A stretch of 64,000 nucleotides of DNA from a virus. The position numbers were made by a program, and so were the translations under genes. Position 1 is the stretch's first letter; each line of letters begins with the position of its first letter. The notes under the pieces were generated by a model. It searched no databases and was not told the origin of the DNA. It was given only the letters and a program-made list of their open reading frames with translations. This document shows, in pieces, positions 9,598 through 19,143 of this stretch. The stretch is taken from UHGV virus genome UHGV-1374678. One strand, written 5' to 3'.

Positions 9598-9852
9598 ATG
9601 TATGATAAGACAAATGTTCCGAATCCATTTCAGGACACATTAAGATATGGAACGCTTGATTTGAAAGATTTATATGTTCGATGTGCTACGGATGTGATGA
9701 ATTTTGGAGACAAGAAATCAATTGCTATAACACACTGTAATGAATACAAAATTGATGTTAAGGAACTGGAAAATATCTTTGAAGGATGGAATATTTATTA
9801 TTCTAACGGAGAAACGCACGATGATATGAGGGAGGGTGATATATGGAATTAA
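9598..9852 (+). CDS. hypothetical protein
   Basis: ORF track. Confidence 0.4.
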   Translation: MYDKTNVPNPFQDTLRYGTLDLKDLYVRCATDVMNFGDKKSIAITHCNEYKIDVKELENIFEGWNIYYSNGETHDDMREGDIWN

Positions 9853-9952
9853 ATCAGGTAGTGTATGGTCTACGATTCGCAAAGTGCAGAAAGCCGGGAA
9901 GCAGATTATTTATGTGTATAAAAATAGAGAATAAATATTGGAGGATAAAAAA

Positions 9953-10246
9953 ATGAAATTATATGTGATGTCAGGAGCAGTTAATGGAATAGATAGTATT
10001 GATGGAATGTATTATCTTATAGCAGAAACAGGTGAATGCTTGGCAAGTCATTTTTGTTCCTGTAAATATTTTGCAAAAGGTGATTTATACGAAAGAAGAC
10101 CAGAAAGAATTGAAGAATTTACAAAAAGATTTGGCGACATCGAAGTGTTATATCTTGGAGAAGATGATATGACCGTTGATAAACTTCTGAATCTTAATAA
10201 AAAATGGGCTATAGAAAACGGTCTTTGCGAAGAAGATGGAGAATAA
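9953..10246 (+). CDS. hypothetical protein
   Basis: ATG at 9953 preceded by GGAGGATAAAAAAATG. Confidence 0.45.
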   Translation: MKLYVMSGAVNGIDSIDGMYYLIAETGECLASHFCSCKYFAKGDLYERRPERIEEFTKRFGDIEVLYLGEDDMTVDKLLNLNKKWAIENGLCEEDGE

Positions 10247-10250
10247 TAAT

Positions 10251-10482
10251 TATGAAAAACGAAGAAATTATTGACTATCTAATGTCAACTAGGTTATATG
10301 AAAATACAGACGTTGATATGTTTTATGAAAAGAAAATGCTTGACGAAAATAAAACAGTCCCAATCAGAGATTTAATAGAGAGATTTGTTGATGTAGATAA
10401 AGAATTTCATGGAGAACCTTGGAACATTAGACAAATTCTAACGAACATAGATATGATTATTCCGGTAGAGGATAGAAATTAA
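10251..10482 (+). CDS. hypothetical protein
   Basis: ATG at 10251 after the GGAGAATAATAATT junction. Confidence 0.4.
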
Positions 10483-10506
10483 ACAGATGAAAGCCGTGTT
10501 TCATTA

Positions 10507-10791
10507 GTGGAGGTGATAGGCGTGGATCAGCTAAATAAAATAGATTACATGATTAAGTCATTATATCTTGCGAAAGATGAGATTAAGTATGCACAAGAAT
10601 ATAACTTGCGAAAAGAAAATGATAAAACAATGGGACGTGATTTCTATTCAAGTTATGTGGATAATCATAGAACTCCGAATGGAACTATTATCAGAGAGTC
10701 ATTGAGAATGGTATCAAGACTTGCTGCACAGGTTGCAAATGAATGCACGTTGAGTGTGTATTGTGATGAGGTATTCAGAGAAAAGGGTTAA
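10507..10791 (+). CDS. hypothetical protein
   Basis: ORF track. Confidence 0.4.
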   Translation: MEVIGVDQLNKIDYMIKSLYLAKDEIKYAQEYNLRKENDKTMGRDFYSSYVDNHRTPNGTIIRESLRMVSRLAAQVANECTLSVYCDEVFREKG

Positions 10792-10793
10792 AT

Positions 10794-11039
10794 ATGGGTA
10801 AATCAGTATTAGTTATTAACACGCCAGATAAATGTATACATTGTCTATTATTAAATAGTGAAGATGAATGTATGGTACAAGATGACGATGCAAATTTCAA
10901 TGCTAATGATTCGTGGGATGAGTTAATGAAAGGGTGTCCATTAAAAGAAGTTCCAGAAAGAAGAAAATATGGCGAAGAATTTTTCAATGGAGATGTAAAA
11001 GGTTGGAATGACTGTTTAAAAACAATTTTAGGAGAATAA
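10794..11039 (+). CDS. hypothetical protein
   Basis: ORF track. Confidence 0.4.
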   Translation: MGKSVLVINTPDKCIHCLLLNSEDECMVQDDDANFNANDSWDELMKGCPLKEVPERRKYGEEFFNGDVKGWNDCLKTILGE

Positions 11040-11041
11040 AG

Positions 11042-11647
11042 ATGTATAGATATATTGCAGATTTACATATTGGCTGCACAAACTCTTTTGAACATCGTAC
11101 TTTAGAGTATGATGAGATTCTTATTAAGAACTGGAACTCTGTAGTTAAGAATAATGATACAACATTCATTCTAGGTGATATTGGTAGATGTGGCAATAAT
11201 AAAGATAATGAATATTTGTGTTCTGTTATTTCAAGACTCAAATCTAAGAAAATTTTAGTGGTCGGAAACCATGATGAAGTTGGTCTAAAAGATTACAGGG
11301 TGAAACAACTATTTGAAACTGTGGTTGATTATTTTGAACTTACTGATAATTACAATGGAATCAGTCAAAAACTTGTGCTTTCGCATTATCCTATCTTTTC
11401 ATGGAATGGTTGTTACAAAGATACAGTTCTTCTCTATGGTCATACACATGGCAACTTCGATGATGTCATCTATCAGGAATCCCTGGAAAAACTCAGATAT
11501 AAGGTAAGACAATTAAATACGGAGAATAAAGAAGTGAAGAAGTTTAAGAATCTTCCTTATGCTTATAATGTTGGTGCAATGATGGATTGGATTAATTATT
11601 GTCCGAGAACGTGGGAAGAGATTAAGGATATTTATATTTTGAGGTAG
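11042..11647 (+). CDS. calcineurin-like metallophosphoesterase
   Basis: All canonical metallophosphatase motifs are present: DLHIG (DxH), LGDIG (GD), VVGNHDE (GNHD/E) and GHTHG (GHxH). Confidence 0.8.
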   Translation: MYRYIADLHIGCTNSFEHRTLEYDEILIKNWNSVVKNNDTTFILGDIGRCGNNKDNEYLCSVISRLKSKKILVVGNHDEVGLKDYRVKQLFETVVDYFELTDNYNGISQKLVLSHYPIFSWNGCYKDTVLLYGHTHGNFDDVIYQESLEKLRYKVRQLNTENKEVKKFKNLPYAYNVGAMMDWINYCPRTWEEIKDIYILR

Positions 11648-11654
11648 GAGAATT

Positions 11655-11879
11655 ATGTTTGAGAGAATTATAAAATCAGAACCATTCAAGAGTGCAGCTA
11701 GAAAAACTGGTAATGTGGTCAAAGTAACATTATTAGTATATTTTGTTCCTATTATTATATCTGTTGCGCTGATTCCGGTGATACACGAATGGTTCTTTAT
11801 CTTAGCGATTGTTATGTTGTTTTCGACTTATCCATTTTCGAGATGGTTAATTAAGTTGCTAGAAGATGGGAGATTGTAA
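11655..11879 (+). CDS. small membrane protein
   Basis: Two hydrophobic TM segments. Confidence 0.4.
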   Translation: MFERIIKSEPFKSAARKTGNVVKVTLLVYFVPIIISVALIPVIHEWFFILAIVMLFSTYPFSRWLIKLLEDGRL

Positions 11880-11885
11880 CGTTCT

Positions 11886-12251
11886 ATGAAAATTGAGAAG
11901 TATCATTTTGCTAAAGGTGAAGCTCTAGTTGTTAATGGAAGTATCCATTTTGATTATAATTTTGCATTTTGTGGAAGACCCTATATTCATTTGAATGCTT
12001 ATTGTGGACGGAAATATCAAATTGGTGTAGGAATTCGTGACAATGATGACTTTGATATTGGTTGTATCTACACAGCAGAAAATGAAGAACAGTTTTTCAA
12101 TGTTCTACATGAGTTGATCAATTGGATGAATGACTTAGAACATGGTGTATGTTTTTGGGAAGAATTTATAGACGATATTAAAGGATTCTTTCCAGAGTTA
12201 GGATGTGAAAAAAGATATCAGTTTGGAGTGAAAAAGAGATGGAAAGGGTAA
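11886..12251 (+). CDS. hypothetical protein
   Basis: ORF track. Confidence 0.4.
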   Translation: MKIEKYHFAKGEALVVNGSIHFDYNFAFCGRPYIHLNAYCGRKYQIGVGIRDNDDFDIGCIYTAENEEQFFNVLHELINWMNDLEHGVCFWEEFIDDIKGFFPELGCEKRYQFGVKKRWKG

Positions 12252-12409
12252 AGAGTAAAAGCAATTCTCCGGGAAACGTTGTTGGTTATGGTGACAAAGT
12301 TCATGATGGCATAGATTTTGATTGGATTAAAAAATTATCAGATAAAATGCAAAAGACAGTTAATGAACTCGCAGAAGCTATCGAATTAGCTAGTAATGGA
12401 GAATAAAAT

Positions 12410-12802
12410 ATGTTAGTTAGTTTTAGCAAAAACATCTTTTTGCAGTTGTATTGCAGAATTGAAAATAAAATCATAAACATAGACGGTAAAAGATGGAGAA
12501 ATGGCAGACATAAATGTAGATGTCATGTATGTGGCAAGGTTTTGGATTCTAAGAAAGACAAGTATAGTCCAAAAGAATGCGGTTGGATGAGATTAAAAGA
12601 CAGGAAAATTTACGATCCGTGGATTTGTCATTCATGTTTGGAACATTACAAACATGGCAAATGGAATGTTTTAGATAATTGTAGTAATGCTGGTGTATAT
12701 TGTTCTGAATGCGGAAAGAAAGTGTACAGGTCTGATTATGCAAATCAGAAAGTAAAATCAAACTTCTGTCCGAATTGTGGAGCAAAAATGGATGTGAATT
12801 GA
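12410..12802 (+). CDS. multi-zinc-ribbon protein
   Basis: Several CxxC pairs (CHVCGK, CHSCLE, CSECGK, CPNCGA). Confidence 0.45.
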   Translation: MLVSFSKNIFLQLYCRIENKIINIDGKRWRNGRHKCRCHVCGKVLDSKKDKYSPKECGWMRLKDRKIYDPWICHSCLEHYKHGKWNVLDNCSNAGVYCSECGKKVYRSDYANQKVKSNFCPNCGAKMDVN

Positions 12803-12871
12803 TTGGAGGAATAACGATGGAGATCAAAGAGACAATTAGTCTTCTTAAGGGCATTCAAAAAAGAGCTGCAA

Positions 12872-14210
12872 GGAATCCCATTAGCTTTAGCTGATAGATA
12901 AAGAGCTGTACAAAACAGCGAATATACAAATGAAAGTGAGGTGATAAGTAAATGTTAAAAGCTTACAAATATAGATTACATCCTAATAAACAACAGGAAA
13001 TTCAAATACAAAAAACTTTCGGATGTTGTAGGTTTGTTTACAATTATATGCTTAATTATAAACAGGAGTTGTATGAAACGAAGAAAGAATTTATGAGTAA
13101 GTTTGATTGTAATAATTATGTGAATCGTGTTCTTAAGAAAGAATATGAATGGTTAAAAAATGTAGACAAATTCGCTCTTACAAATGCAATTTATAATATG
13201 GATTCAGCTTATCAGAAATTTTTCAAAGAACATACTGGTTATCCAAGATTTAAAAGTAAAAAAGATAATAAAAAGTCTTATAAAACAAATAACAATGTAA
13301 ATAAGGGAATAGCAACTATTCGTATTGAAAAGAATAGATTAAGACTTCCTAAAATTGGAATGGTAAGAATTGTTTATTCAAGAGAAATAACAGAAAGGAT
13401 AAAATCTGCAACTATTTCACAAGATCCATCTGGAAAATATTTTGCATCAATATTATTTGAAGCAGAATACGAATATTTACCAAAGAGCAATAATTCAGTC
13501 GGTGTTGATTTAGGAATTAAGGATTTACTTATCACTTCGGATGGTGAGAAAATTAAAAACATTCTTACTACAAAGAAATATGAAAATAAATTAACAAAAG
13601 AGCAAAGAAAACTTGCTAAGAAACAAAGAGGTAGTGTCAACTATGGGAAACAGAGAATAAAAGTAGCTAAAATATATGAAAAAATTCGTAATATCAGACT
13701 ATATAATTTACATCAAATTTCTCACAAACTTATAATCGAAAACCAAGTGATAGTGAGTGAGAATTTAAATATAGAAAGTATGCGACAGAATCATAATCTT
13801 GCAAAATCTGTATCTGGTTGTAGTTGGTACGAATTAACTAGACAGTTATTTTATAAGGCTGAATGGTATGGAAGAGAATATATAAAAATAGATAGATTTT
13901 TTGCAAGTAGTCAGTTATGTAATTGTTGTGGTTATCAAAACAAAGAGGTTAAAGATTTATCTGTTAGAGAATGGATATGTCCGGAATGTGGAACTGTTCA
14001 TGATAGAGATGTAAACGCTGCGATTAATATTCTTAATGAAGGATTGAGATTGCTAGAAGTAGCTTAAATATAAAACATACGGCAATATCTGTCGGAATTT
14101 ACGCCTGTGGAGATAGTAGGTTACGAGGTTTATGAAGCAGGAAGGTTTATAAAAACCAGATAAAAACAATATTTCAAGTGGAGAATAAATAATATGTAGC
14201 ATATATAAAG
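12872..14210 (+). mobile_element. IS200/IS605-family (IS1341-like) insertion element, tnpB only, with an ωRNA expected at the 3' end
   Basis: Left-end block AATCCCATTAGCTTTAGCTGAT ... GAATATACAAATGAAAGTGAGGTGAT lies immediately upstream of tnpB. It is conserved with the second copy at 19701. No tnpA is present. The right boundary is approximate. Confidence 0.6.
12952..14067 (+). CDS. tnpB: TnpB (IS605 OrfB family, RuvC-like, RNA-guided nuclease family)
   Basis: N-terminal [15 protein letters not shown] is the OrfB hallmark. C-terminal zinc finger CNCCG...CPECG. RuvC-III-like [11 protein letters not shown]. Confidence 0.85.
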   Translation: MLKAYKYRLHPNKQQEIQIQKTFGCCRFVYNYMLNYKQELYETKKEFMSKFDCNNYVNRVLKKEYEWLKNVDKFALTNAIYNMDSAYQKFFKEHTGYPRFKSKKDNKKSYKTNNNVNKGIATIRIEKNRLRLPKIGMVRIVYSREITERIKSATISQDPSGKYFASILFEAEYEYLPKSNNSVGVDLGIKDLLITSDGEKIKNILTTKKYENKLTKEQRKLAKKQRGSVNYGKQRIKVAKIYEKIRNIRLYNLHQISHKLIIENQVIVSENLNIESMRQNHNLAKSVSGCSWYELTRQLFYKAEWYGREYIKIDRFFASSQLCNCCGYQNKEVKDLSVREWICPECGTVHDRDVNAAINILNEGLRLLEVA

Positions 14211-14222
14211 GGAGGTAGTTTT

Positions 14223-15080
14223 ATGGATAGAAGTGATCTCGCAGAAAGAATGAAAGGCTATGAAAAAAGGAATAGATATTATCTTCAGCGAAGGATGCCA
14301 GTAATTTTGAGGCTAGACATGAGAGCTGGACATAGCTTCACAAAAGGATTTGAAAGACCGTTTGATGAAGTTTTTATTAAAGCAATACAAGAAACGGCAA
14401 AATATTTATGCGAAAATGTTCAAAATTGTAAGTTATCTTATCAACAAAGTGACGAAATTACATTATTACTTGTTGATTATGAAAAAATAAATACAGATTG
14501 TTTCTTTGAATATAGAGTAGATAAACTTTGTAGTATTGCAGCAAGTATGGCTACGATGAAATTTAATCAAGTTTTTAAAGAATTATCTTATAGAGAGTCA
14601 GAAAATTTGGAAATTATTTGTAGAAAAAATCCATATTTAGAAAACAGAGATTGTTTAACTAAAATTCCTAATGTACATACCAATTCAGCAGATAAAGGTG
14701 CAATGTTCGATTGCAGATGTTTCAATATTCCAAAGGAAGAAGTAACTAATAGCATTTATTGGCGACAACTTGACGCTACACGAAACTCTATTCAGATGGT
14801 AGGACAAGCTAATTTTTCGCACAAAGAATTGCAGAACAAGTCTTGCAACGATATTCAGGATATGCTTATGACTCAGAAAGGTATTAATTGGAATGATTTG
14901 CCGCTATATCAAAAACGTGGATCTTGTTGTATTAGAAATCATATGATTTCACTACCATATGGCGATTACCTGCTAGATGAAACCGCAGGTGAAAACGAAT
15001 GGATTATTGATAAAGATATTCCAATCTTCAAAGGTGAAGGTAGAAAATATATTGATAATCTTGTTTTCGTAGGAGAATAA
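14223..15080 (+). CDS. Thg1-like protein (tRNA-His guanylyltransferase family 3'-5' nucleotidyltransferase)
   Basis: [24 protein letters not shown] aligns with Thg1 [36 protein letters not shown] aligns with AYGQSDEYSFVF. The catalytic Asp residues (LD.., SDE) are conserved. Confidence 0.75.
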   Translation: [285 protein letters not shown]

Positions 15081-15085
15081 ATGTA

Positions 15086-15493
15086 ATGGATATTTTAAGG
15101 CGAGAAATTAAAAAGCAAATCGAATATTGCATAAAATTTGACAGATACAAAGCAGGATTTTTTGTTTCAGATGTGTCAAAGATTAACAAGATAAAAGAAA
15201 TCTTAGACGGAGTAAATAAAATAGTTGGGCAAATGATGCATGTTGTCAAATTAAAAGAGAATGAGTTGTATGTGGAGTTTTGGAATGGTAGTAGTATGAA
15301 AGTATTTGTACCTTCTGATAATTGTCGAGGATATAAGATCAATGGTTGTCTTATAGATGAAAATATAGCACAAGATGTAAAAGATTGTATTATATATCCA
15401 CGGATTATGCAGAGATATGTTGAAGTTGATGGCGTTCTTAAATTTGAAGATAGACTCGAAACAAATAAACGTATCGTGGAAGTAGAAATATAG
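15086..15493 (+). CDS. hypothetical protein
   Basis: ORF with GGAGAATAAATGTAATG junction. Confidence 0.45.
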   Translation: MDILRREIKKQIEYCIKFDRYKAGFFVSDVSKINKIKEILDGVNKIVGQMMHVVKLKENELYVEFWNGSSMKVFVPSDNCRGYKINGCLIDENIAQDVKDCIIYPRIMQRYVEVDGVLKFEDRLETNKRIVEVEI

Positions 15494-15505
15494 GGGAATA
15501 AACAG

Positions 15506-15781
15506 ATGAGTGTATACGAATTACAACAGCATGACGTTATTTCTTACAAGCCTCCACAGCCACATAAACAAAAGTATAAGATTGGAAAATATATTTCTGT
15601 TTACGAATTAGTTGAAGCAACATCTGGTTCACCTGCTTTAAGGTTGGAAAGAGATAAAAATGAAGACAAAATGCTTAGAGTTAATGGAATAAAATATGTA
15701 AAATTCCCGTGGTGGAAGTTTTGGAAGAAAAGAAAATATGTTGCTAAATATTATCTAGAGGTTATGTGGGGAAATAGATGA
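15506..15781 (+). CDS. hypothetical basic protein
   Basis: ORF track. Confidence 0.4.
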   Translation: MSVYELQQHDVISYKPPQPHKQKYKIGKYISVYELVEATSGSPALRLERDKNEDKMLRVNGIKYVKFPWWKFWKKRKYVAKYYLEVMWGNR

Positions 15782-16128
15782 ATAAAGAAAATTTAATTCC
15801 GAATGTTACATATTCTTCCGAAGATGTTGGAAAAGCATTAAAACTAATTGTAAGAAGACTGAATGAAAGAAAAAATGAAAAAATAAAAATTTCGCACATA
15901 TGTAGTACGTGTAAACACAGATGTACAGAAACGTATTTGACGCAGGATTGGATGGTTGAAAAAGTTTGGCATAATTGGTGTGGTCTTAATAAAAAATATA
16001 TGGAAACAGAATATGGTCATGGCAATAACAAACATTTTTTAGAACCTTGCGAATATTGGGAAATGTCAGATTATTATAAAGATAAGGAAGATAGATATGA
16101 ACAATCGACAGAAAAAGAAATTTATTAA
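15778..16128 (+). CDS. hypothetical Cys/Trp-rich protein
   Basis: ORF track. Start overlaps the upstream stop. Confidence 0.4.
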   Translation: MNKENLIPNVTYSSEDVGKALKLIVRRLNERKNEKIKISHICSTCKHRCTETYLTQDWMVEKVWHNWCGLNKKYMETEYGHGNNKHFLEPCEYWEMSDYYKDKEDRYEQSTEKEIY

Positions 16129-16381
16129 TAAAAACATGATTAAGCTGAAAAAGATTCATCCAGATGAAGGCGATGTAGTTATTATTCAGTTTGATCCTGG
16201 CAATGAATATATGAGTATTGGTACTGTTCTTGAGTTCTACGAAGCATGGGAAGGTGCTGGGATTTTTGATAACTGTAGAGTTGCTATTGTTCCATGCAAT
16301 GTAAAAGTTTTGGGCAAAGAAGCTGCACAAAAATGTTGTGATGCTTTGCAAGAAGTAATTAATGAGATGGATGACGATTGA
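16097..16381 (+). CDS. hypothetical protein (MNNRQKKK N-terminus, paralog of 25253)
   Basis: Shares the N-terminal MNNRQ(K/R)KK motif with ORF 25253..25657. Confidence 0.4.
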   Translation: MNNRQKKKFINKNMIKLKKIHPDEGDVVIIQFDPGNEYMSIGTVLEFYEAWEGAGIFDNCRVAIVPCNVKVLGKEAAQKCCDALQEVINEMDDD

Positions 16382-16401
16382 TGAAAATGGATGGATAAAA
16401 A

Positions 16402-16681
16402 ATGATTAAAGAATATTGTGATATTTGTGGTAAAGAAGTTGTAACAGATAAATATTTTCTTCCGGTTATGAAAGACAGTTATGTAAGAGCAAACATGGCA
16501 TTCCTATGGTTGCAACAAAAGTAATGTCGTCTGAAAGAAAAGATGTGTGTCAAGACTGTGCAAGAAAAATACAATTTCTAATTGATTGCATTTTACTTGA
16601 TAAAGATATTTCAATAACATTTGAATCATCAGAAGCAGGTAAGTCATGTCGCATTGAGTATGTAGGAGACAAGTTATGATA
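16402..16681 (+). pseudogene. zinc-ribbon protein gene split by an apparent frameshift
   Basis: A 40-aa ORF (MIKEYCDICGKEV...) and a 54-aa ORF (MVATKVMSSERKDVCQDCARK...) lie in adjacent frames. Together they make one CxxC...CxxC ribbon. Confidence 0.3.
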
Positions 16682-16867
16682 ATTGACGGTTTAGTGTACG
16701 GACTTGTAAGTGCGATGATATTATCAATATTCGGAGTAGATGATATTTTTATAGATTCATTACAACCATTTGTACATGGTATTAAATTAACTTCGGATCA
16801 TTTCTATCTCGCATTTGCATGTCTTGGGGCGATAGGAGCTATCTTAAAAGAGCTTGTAAGTTTATGA
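16676..16867 (+). CDS. small membrane protein
   Basis: Hydrophobic ORF. Confidence 0.35.
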   Translation: MIIDGLVYGLVSAMILSIFGVDDIFIDSLQPFVHGIKLTSDHFYLAFACLGAIGAILKELVSL

Positions 16868-17077
16868 AAGTTTTGTTTCATTAGGAGGATAAAAAAATAA
16901 ATAATGACTACAAAAGAAAAAGAACTTAAAGAAAAATACGAAAAATTCATACAAACAAAAGAAGGTAAGGAATGGATAAATCATTGGCAGAAAATAATTG
17001 GTTCTGATACTGGCGGAGACTTTGGAGATTATTTATATGATTTCTATCCTGAAATGATTTCTTAGAAGGTAAATATT

Positions 17078-17584
17078 ATGAAGAAAACAAAAATTATTAG
17101 TGCATTTCCTGCTTGTGGCAAGACATATGCTTTTAAAAAATTAAACGAAAAAGGTTATAAGATTCTCGATAGCGATAGCAGTCAGTTCAGTTGGTGTTAT
17201 GATTATGATCCAACCAATTCAGATAAAATTGAAAAGTATCGTAATCCAGAATTTCCAAGTAATTATATTCAGCACATTAAGGAGAATATTGGAAAAGCTG
17301 ATTATATTTTTGTAAGCAGCCACAAAGAAGTAAGAGATGCTTTAATTGAAAATGGAATCTCTTTTACATTGGTTTATCCTGACAGAAGTATGAAAGCTGA
17401 GTGGATCGGTAGAATTTTCTTGCGTGGAAGCGGAGAAAAATTCTGTCAGCTCATTGCAAATAATTGGGATAGTTGGATTGATGAGATGGAAGAAATTGAG
17501 TGCGACAAATGGATTCTTGGAGATAAAGAATCAATTGACAAATACTATTACATTGGCGAATTGATAGAGAATAAATTGATTTGA
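17078..17584 (+). CDS. P-loop kinase/NTPase
   Basis: Walker A SAFPACGKTY at the N-terminus. A 168-aa size suits a small nucleotide or polynucleotide kinase. The N-terminus resembles the T4 Pnk kinase start (MKKIILTIGCPGSGKST). Confidence 0.45.
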   Translation: MKKTKIISAFPACGKTYAFKKLNEKGYKILDSDSSQFSWCYDYDPTNSDKIEKYRNPEFPSNYIQHIKENIGKADYIFVSSHKEVRDALIENGISFTLVYPDRSMKAEWIGRIFLRGSGEKFCQLIANNWDSWIDEMEEIECDKWILGDKESIDKYYYIGELIENKLI

Positions 17585-17599
17585 TAGGATGTGAAGATT

Positions 17600-18031
17600 A
17601 TGTATCAAAATTGTTGTAAAAAGTGTGGAGGTGCATCATTACATACAGAAGTAAAAGGAAGTAATACAGGATTATATTGTGATGATTGTGGAGCATGGCA
17701 ACGTTGGCTTGGGAAAGACGAATTGAGAGCGTTTGAATATTCGATGAGAGAAGCAACAAAAGAAGAAAAAGACTCTGTAAATAAATACATTGAAAGTATT
17801 TCTAAGCCAACAGGTGTAAATTTCTATGATAAAGAAGATGACGTTGCAAAAATTATTTATGATAATCTGAACTATATGTACTGTGACAACTGTAGATGTA
17901 ATAGTGAAATCAAAAAAGACAGTGATGAATGTGGTTGTGAAGATTGCCACAGAAAATATAATGGCTGGGGAATTTCTATGCAGACAAGTAAGCGTATTGC
18001 AAAAGAGATTCTTGAGAGTATTGGAGAATAA
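17600..18031 (+). CDS. multi-zinc-ribbon protein
   Basis: CCKKCG, CDDCG, CDNCRC, CGCEDC motifs. Confidence 0.4.
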   Translation: MYQNCCKKCGGASLHTEVKGSNTGLYCDDCGAWQRWLGKDELRAFEYSMREATKEEKDSVNKYIESISKPTGVNFYDKEDDVAKIIYDNLNYMYCDNCRCNSEIKKDSDECGCEDCHRKYNGWGISMQTSKRIAKEILESIGE

Positions 18032-18033
18032 AT

Positions 18034-18249
18034 ATGTGTAAGTTACCTAAGACAAGTTGCGATATTCCGATGCCAGAAGTTGTAACAGTTAGCAAACCAA
18101 AAACAATTGCAAGAATTAAACTATGCGGTGGAGCGATGACTCTCACTGTCACAGATTACACGTCATGGGAAAAACCAACGGAAGAACAGATTAAAAATCT
18201 GCATGAGATGTTGTGTATTGATGTTGAAATTTTGGAAGATGGAGAATAA
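18034..18249 (+). CDS. hypothetical protein
   Basis: ORF track. Confidence 0.35.
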   Translation: MCKLPKTSCDIPMPEVVTVSKPKTIARIKLCGGAMTLTVTDYTSWEKPTEEQIKNLHEMLCIDVEILEDGE

Positions 18250-18254
18250 GTATT

Positions 18255-18533
18255 ATGCGTATATGTAATATGGGATATGAAGTCGAAGAAGATTTAATAC
18301 CACCTGAAAGATGTCATTCTGATGGTCGCCCAGATTCTTGCAAAGAATGTCGTAATTATAACAGAGAATATGATCTTATAGAACAAGCTATTGAGTCTGC
18401 TAAATGCCGTATATATCGGTTAAAAGCTAATCCTGGCAGTACAGAAGCACATCAAAAGAAAGCAGAAAATCAGCAGGAATTAATGGAGATTACAATTAGA
18501 GCGTTGGAGTTTTATAGAGATGAGTACGAATAA
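18255..18533 (+). CDS. hypothetical protein
   Basis: ORF track. Confidence 0.4.
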   Translation: MRICNMGYEVEEDLIPPERCHSDGRPDSCKECRNYNREYDLIEQAIESAKCRIYRLKANPGSTEAHQKKAENQQELMEITIRALEFYRDEYE

Positions 18534-18711
18534 TATTAAAAAAGATTCGAGAGGACTTAGGGCGGAGTTGAAATTTTACGACGATTTCATGTTTGACAAA
18601 GAAGAACTCGACAATGTTATAGAGATATTTGCGAACATACCTGAGAAGTATATTGTACCATGTGAAACATTGTTATATGCGAGTTCTGCATGGAAAGAGG
18701 GTGAAGAATAA
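18520..18711 (+). CDS. hypothetical protein
   Basis: ORF track. Confidence 0.35.
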   Translation: MSTNNIKKDSRGLRAELKFYDDFMFDKEELDNVIEIFANIPEKYIVPCETLLYASSAWKEGEE

Positions 18712-19143
18712 ATGGAAGTATTAGCAAACACGGAGTATCAAGATGTTTATAGAATTGTAGATGGTGTGCTGCTTATTGTAAATAAATTTTTGTATAAGGA
18801 CTATTCTAAGAAAACAAATCGGACTGTGCATGTTCGTGATAGAGGAAGAGACTATTGTAAAACCTATCATAAAGGCTGTCAAAAATGGTTAAAAGAATTG
18901 AAGAAAGATTATCTCGACACATCTGCTACAGTTACAATTCCTAAAGGTACAGTTCTGTATCATGGTTATCCAGTAGAACCTACAAATAAACCAGAGAATT
19001 ACATTTACGAGATCAAAACCACAGGTGATGCATTTAGTGGTGATTATAATGAAGTAATGGATATGATTAAGAATATCCGTGAAGTTATGGATGGTAATAA
19101 TTTTGCAGATGATTCTTGTATGAGAGGTGAAAATAATGTCTGA
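18712..19143 (+). CDS. hypothetical protein
   Basis: ORF track. Confidence 0.4.
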   Translation: MEVLANTEYQDVYRIVDGVLLIVNKFLYKDYSKKTNRTVHVRDRGRDYCKTYHKGCQKWLKELKKDYLDTSATVTIPKGTVLYHGYPVEPTNKPENYIYEIKTTGDAFSGDYNEVMDMIKNIREVMDGNNFADDSCMRGENNV

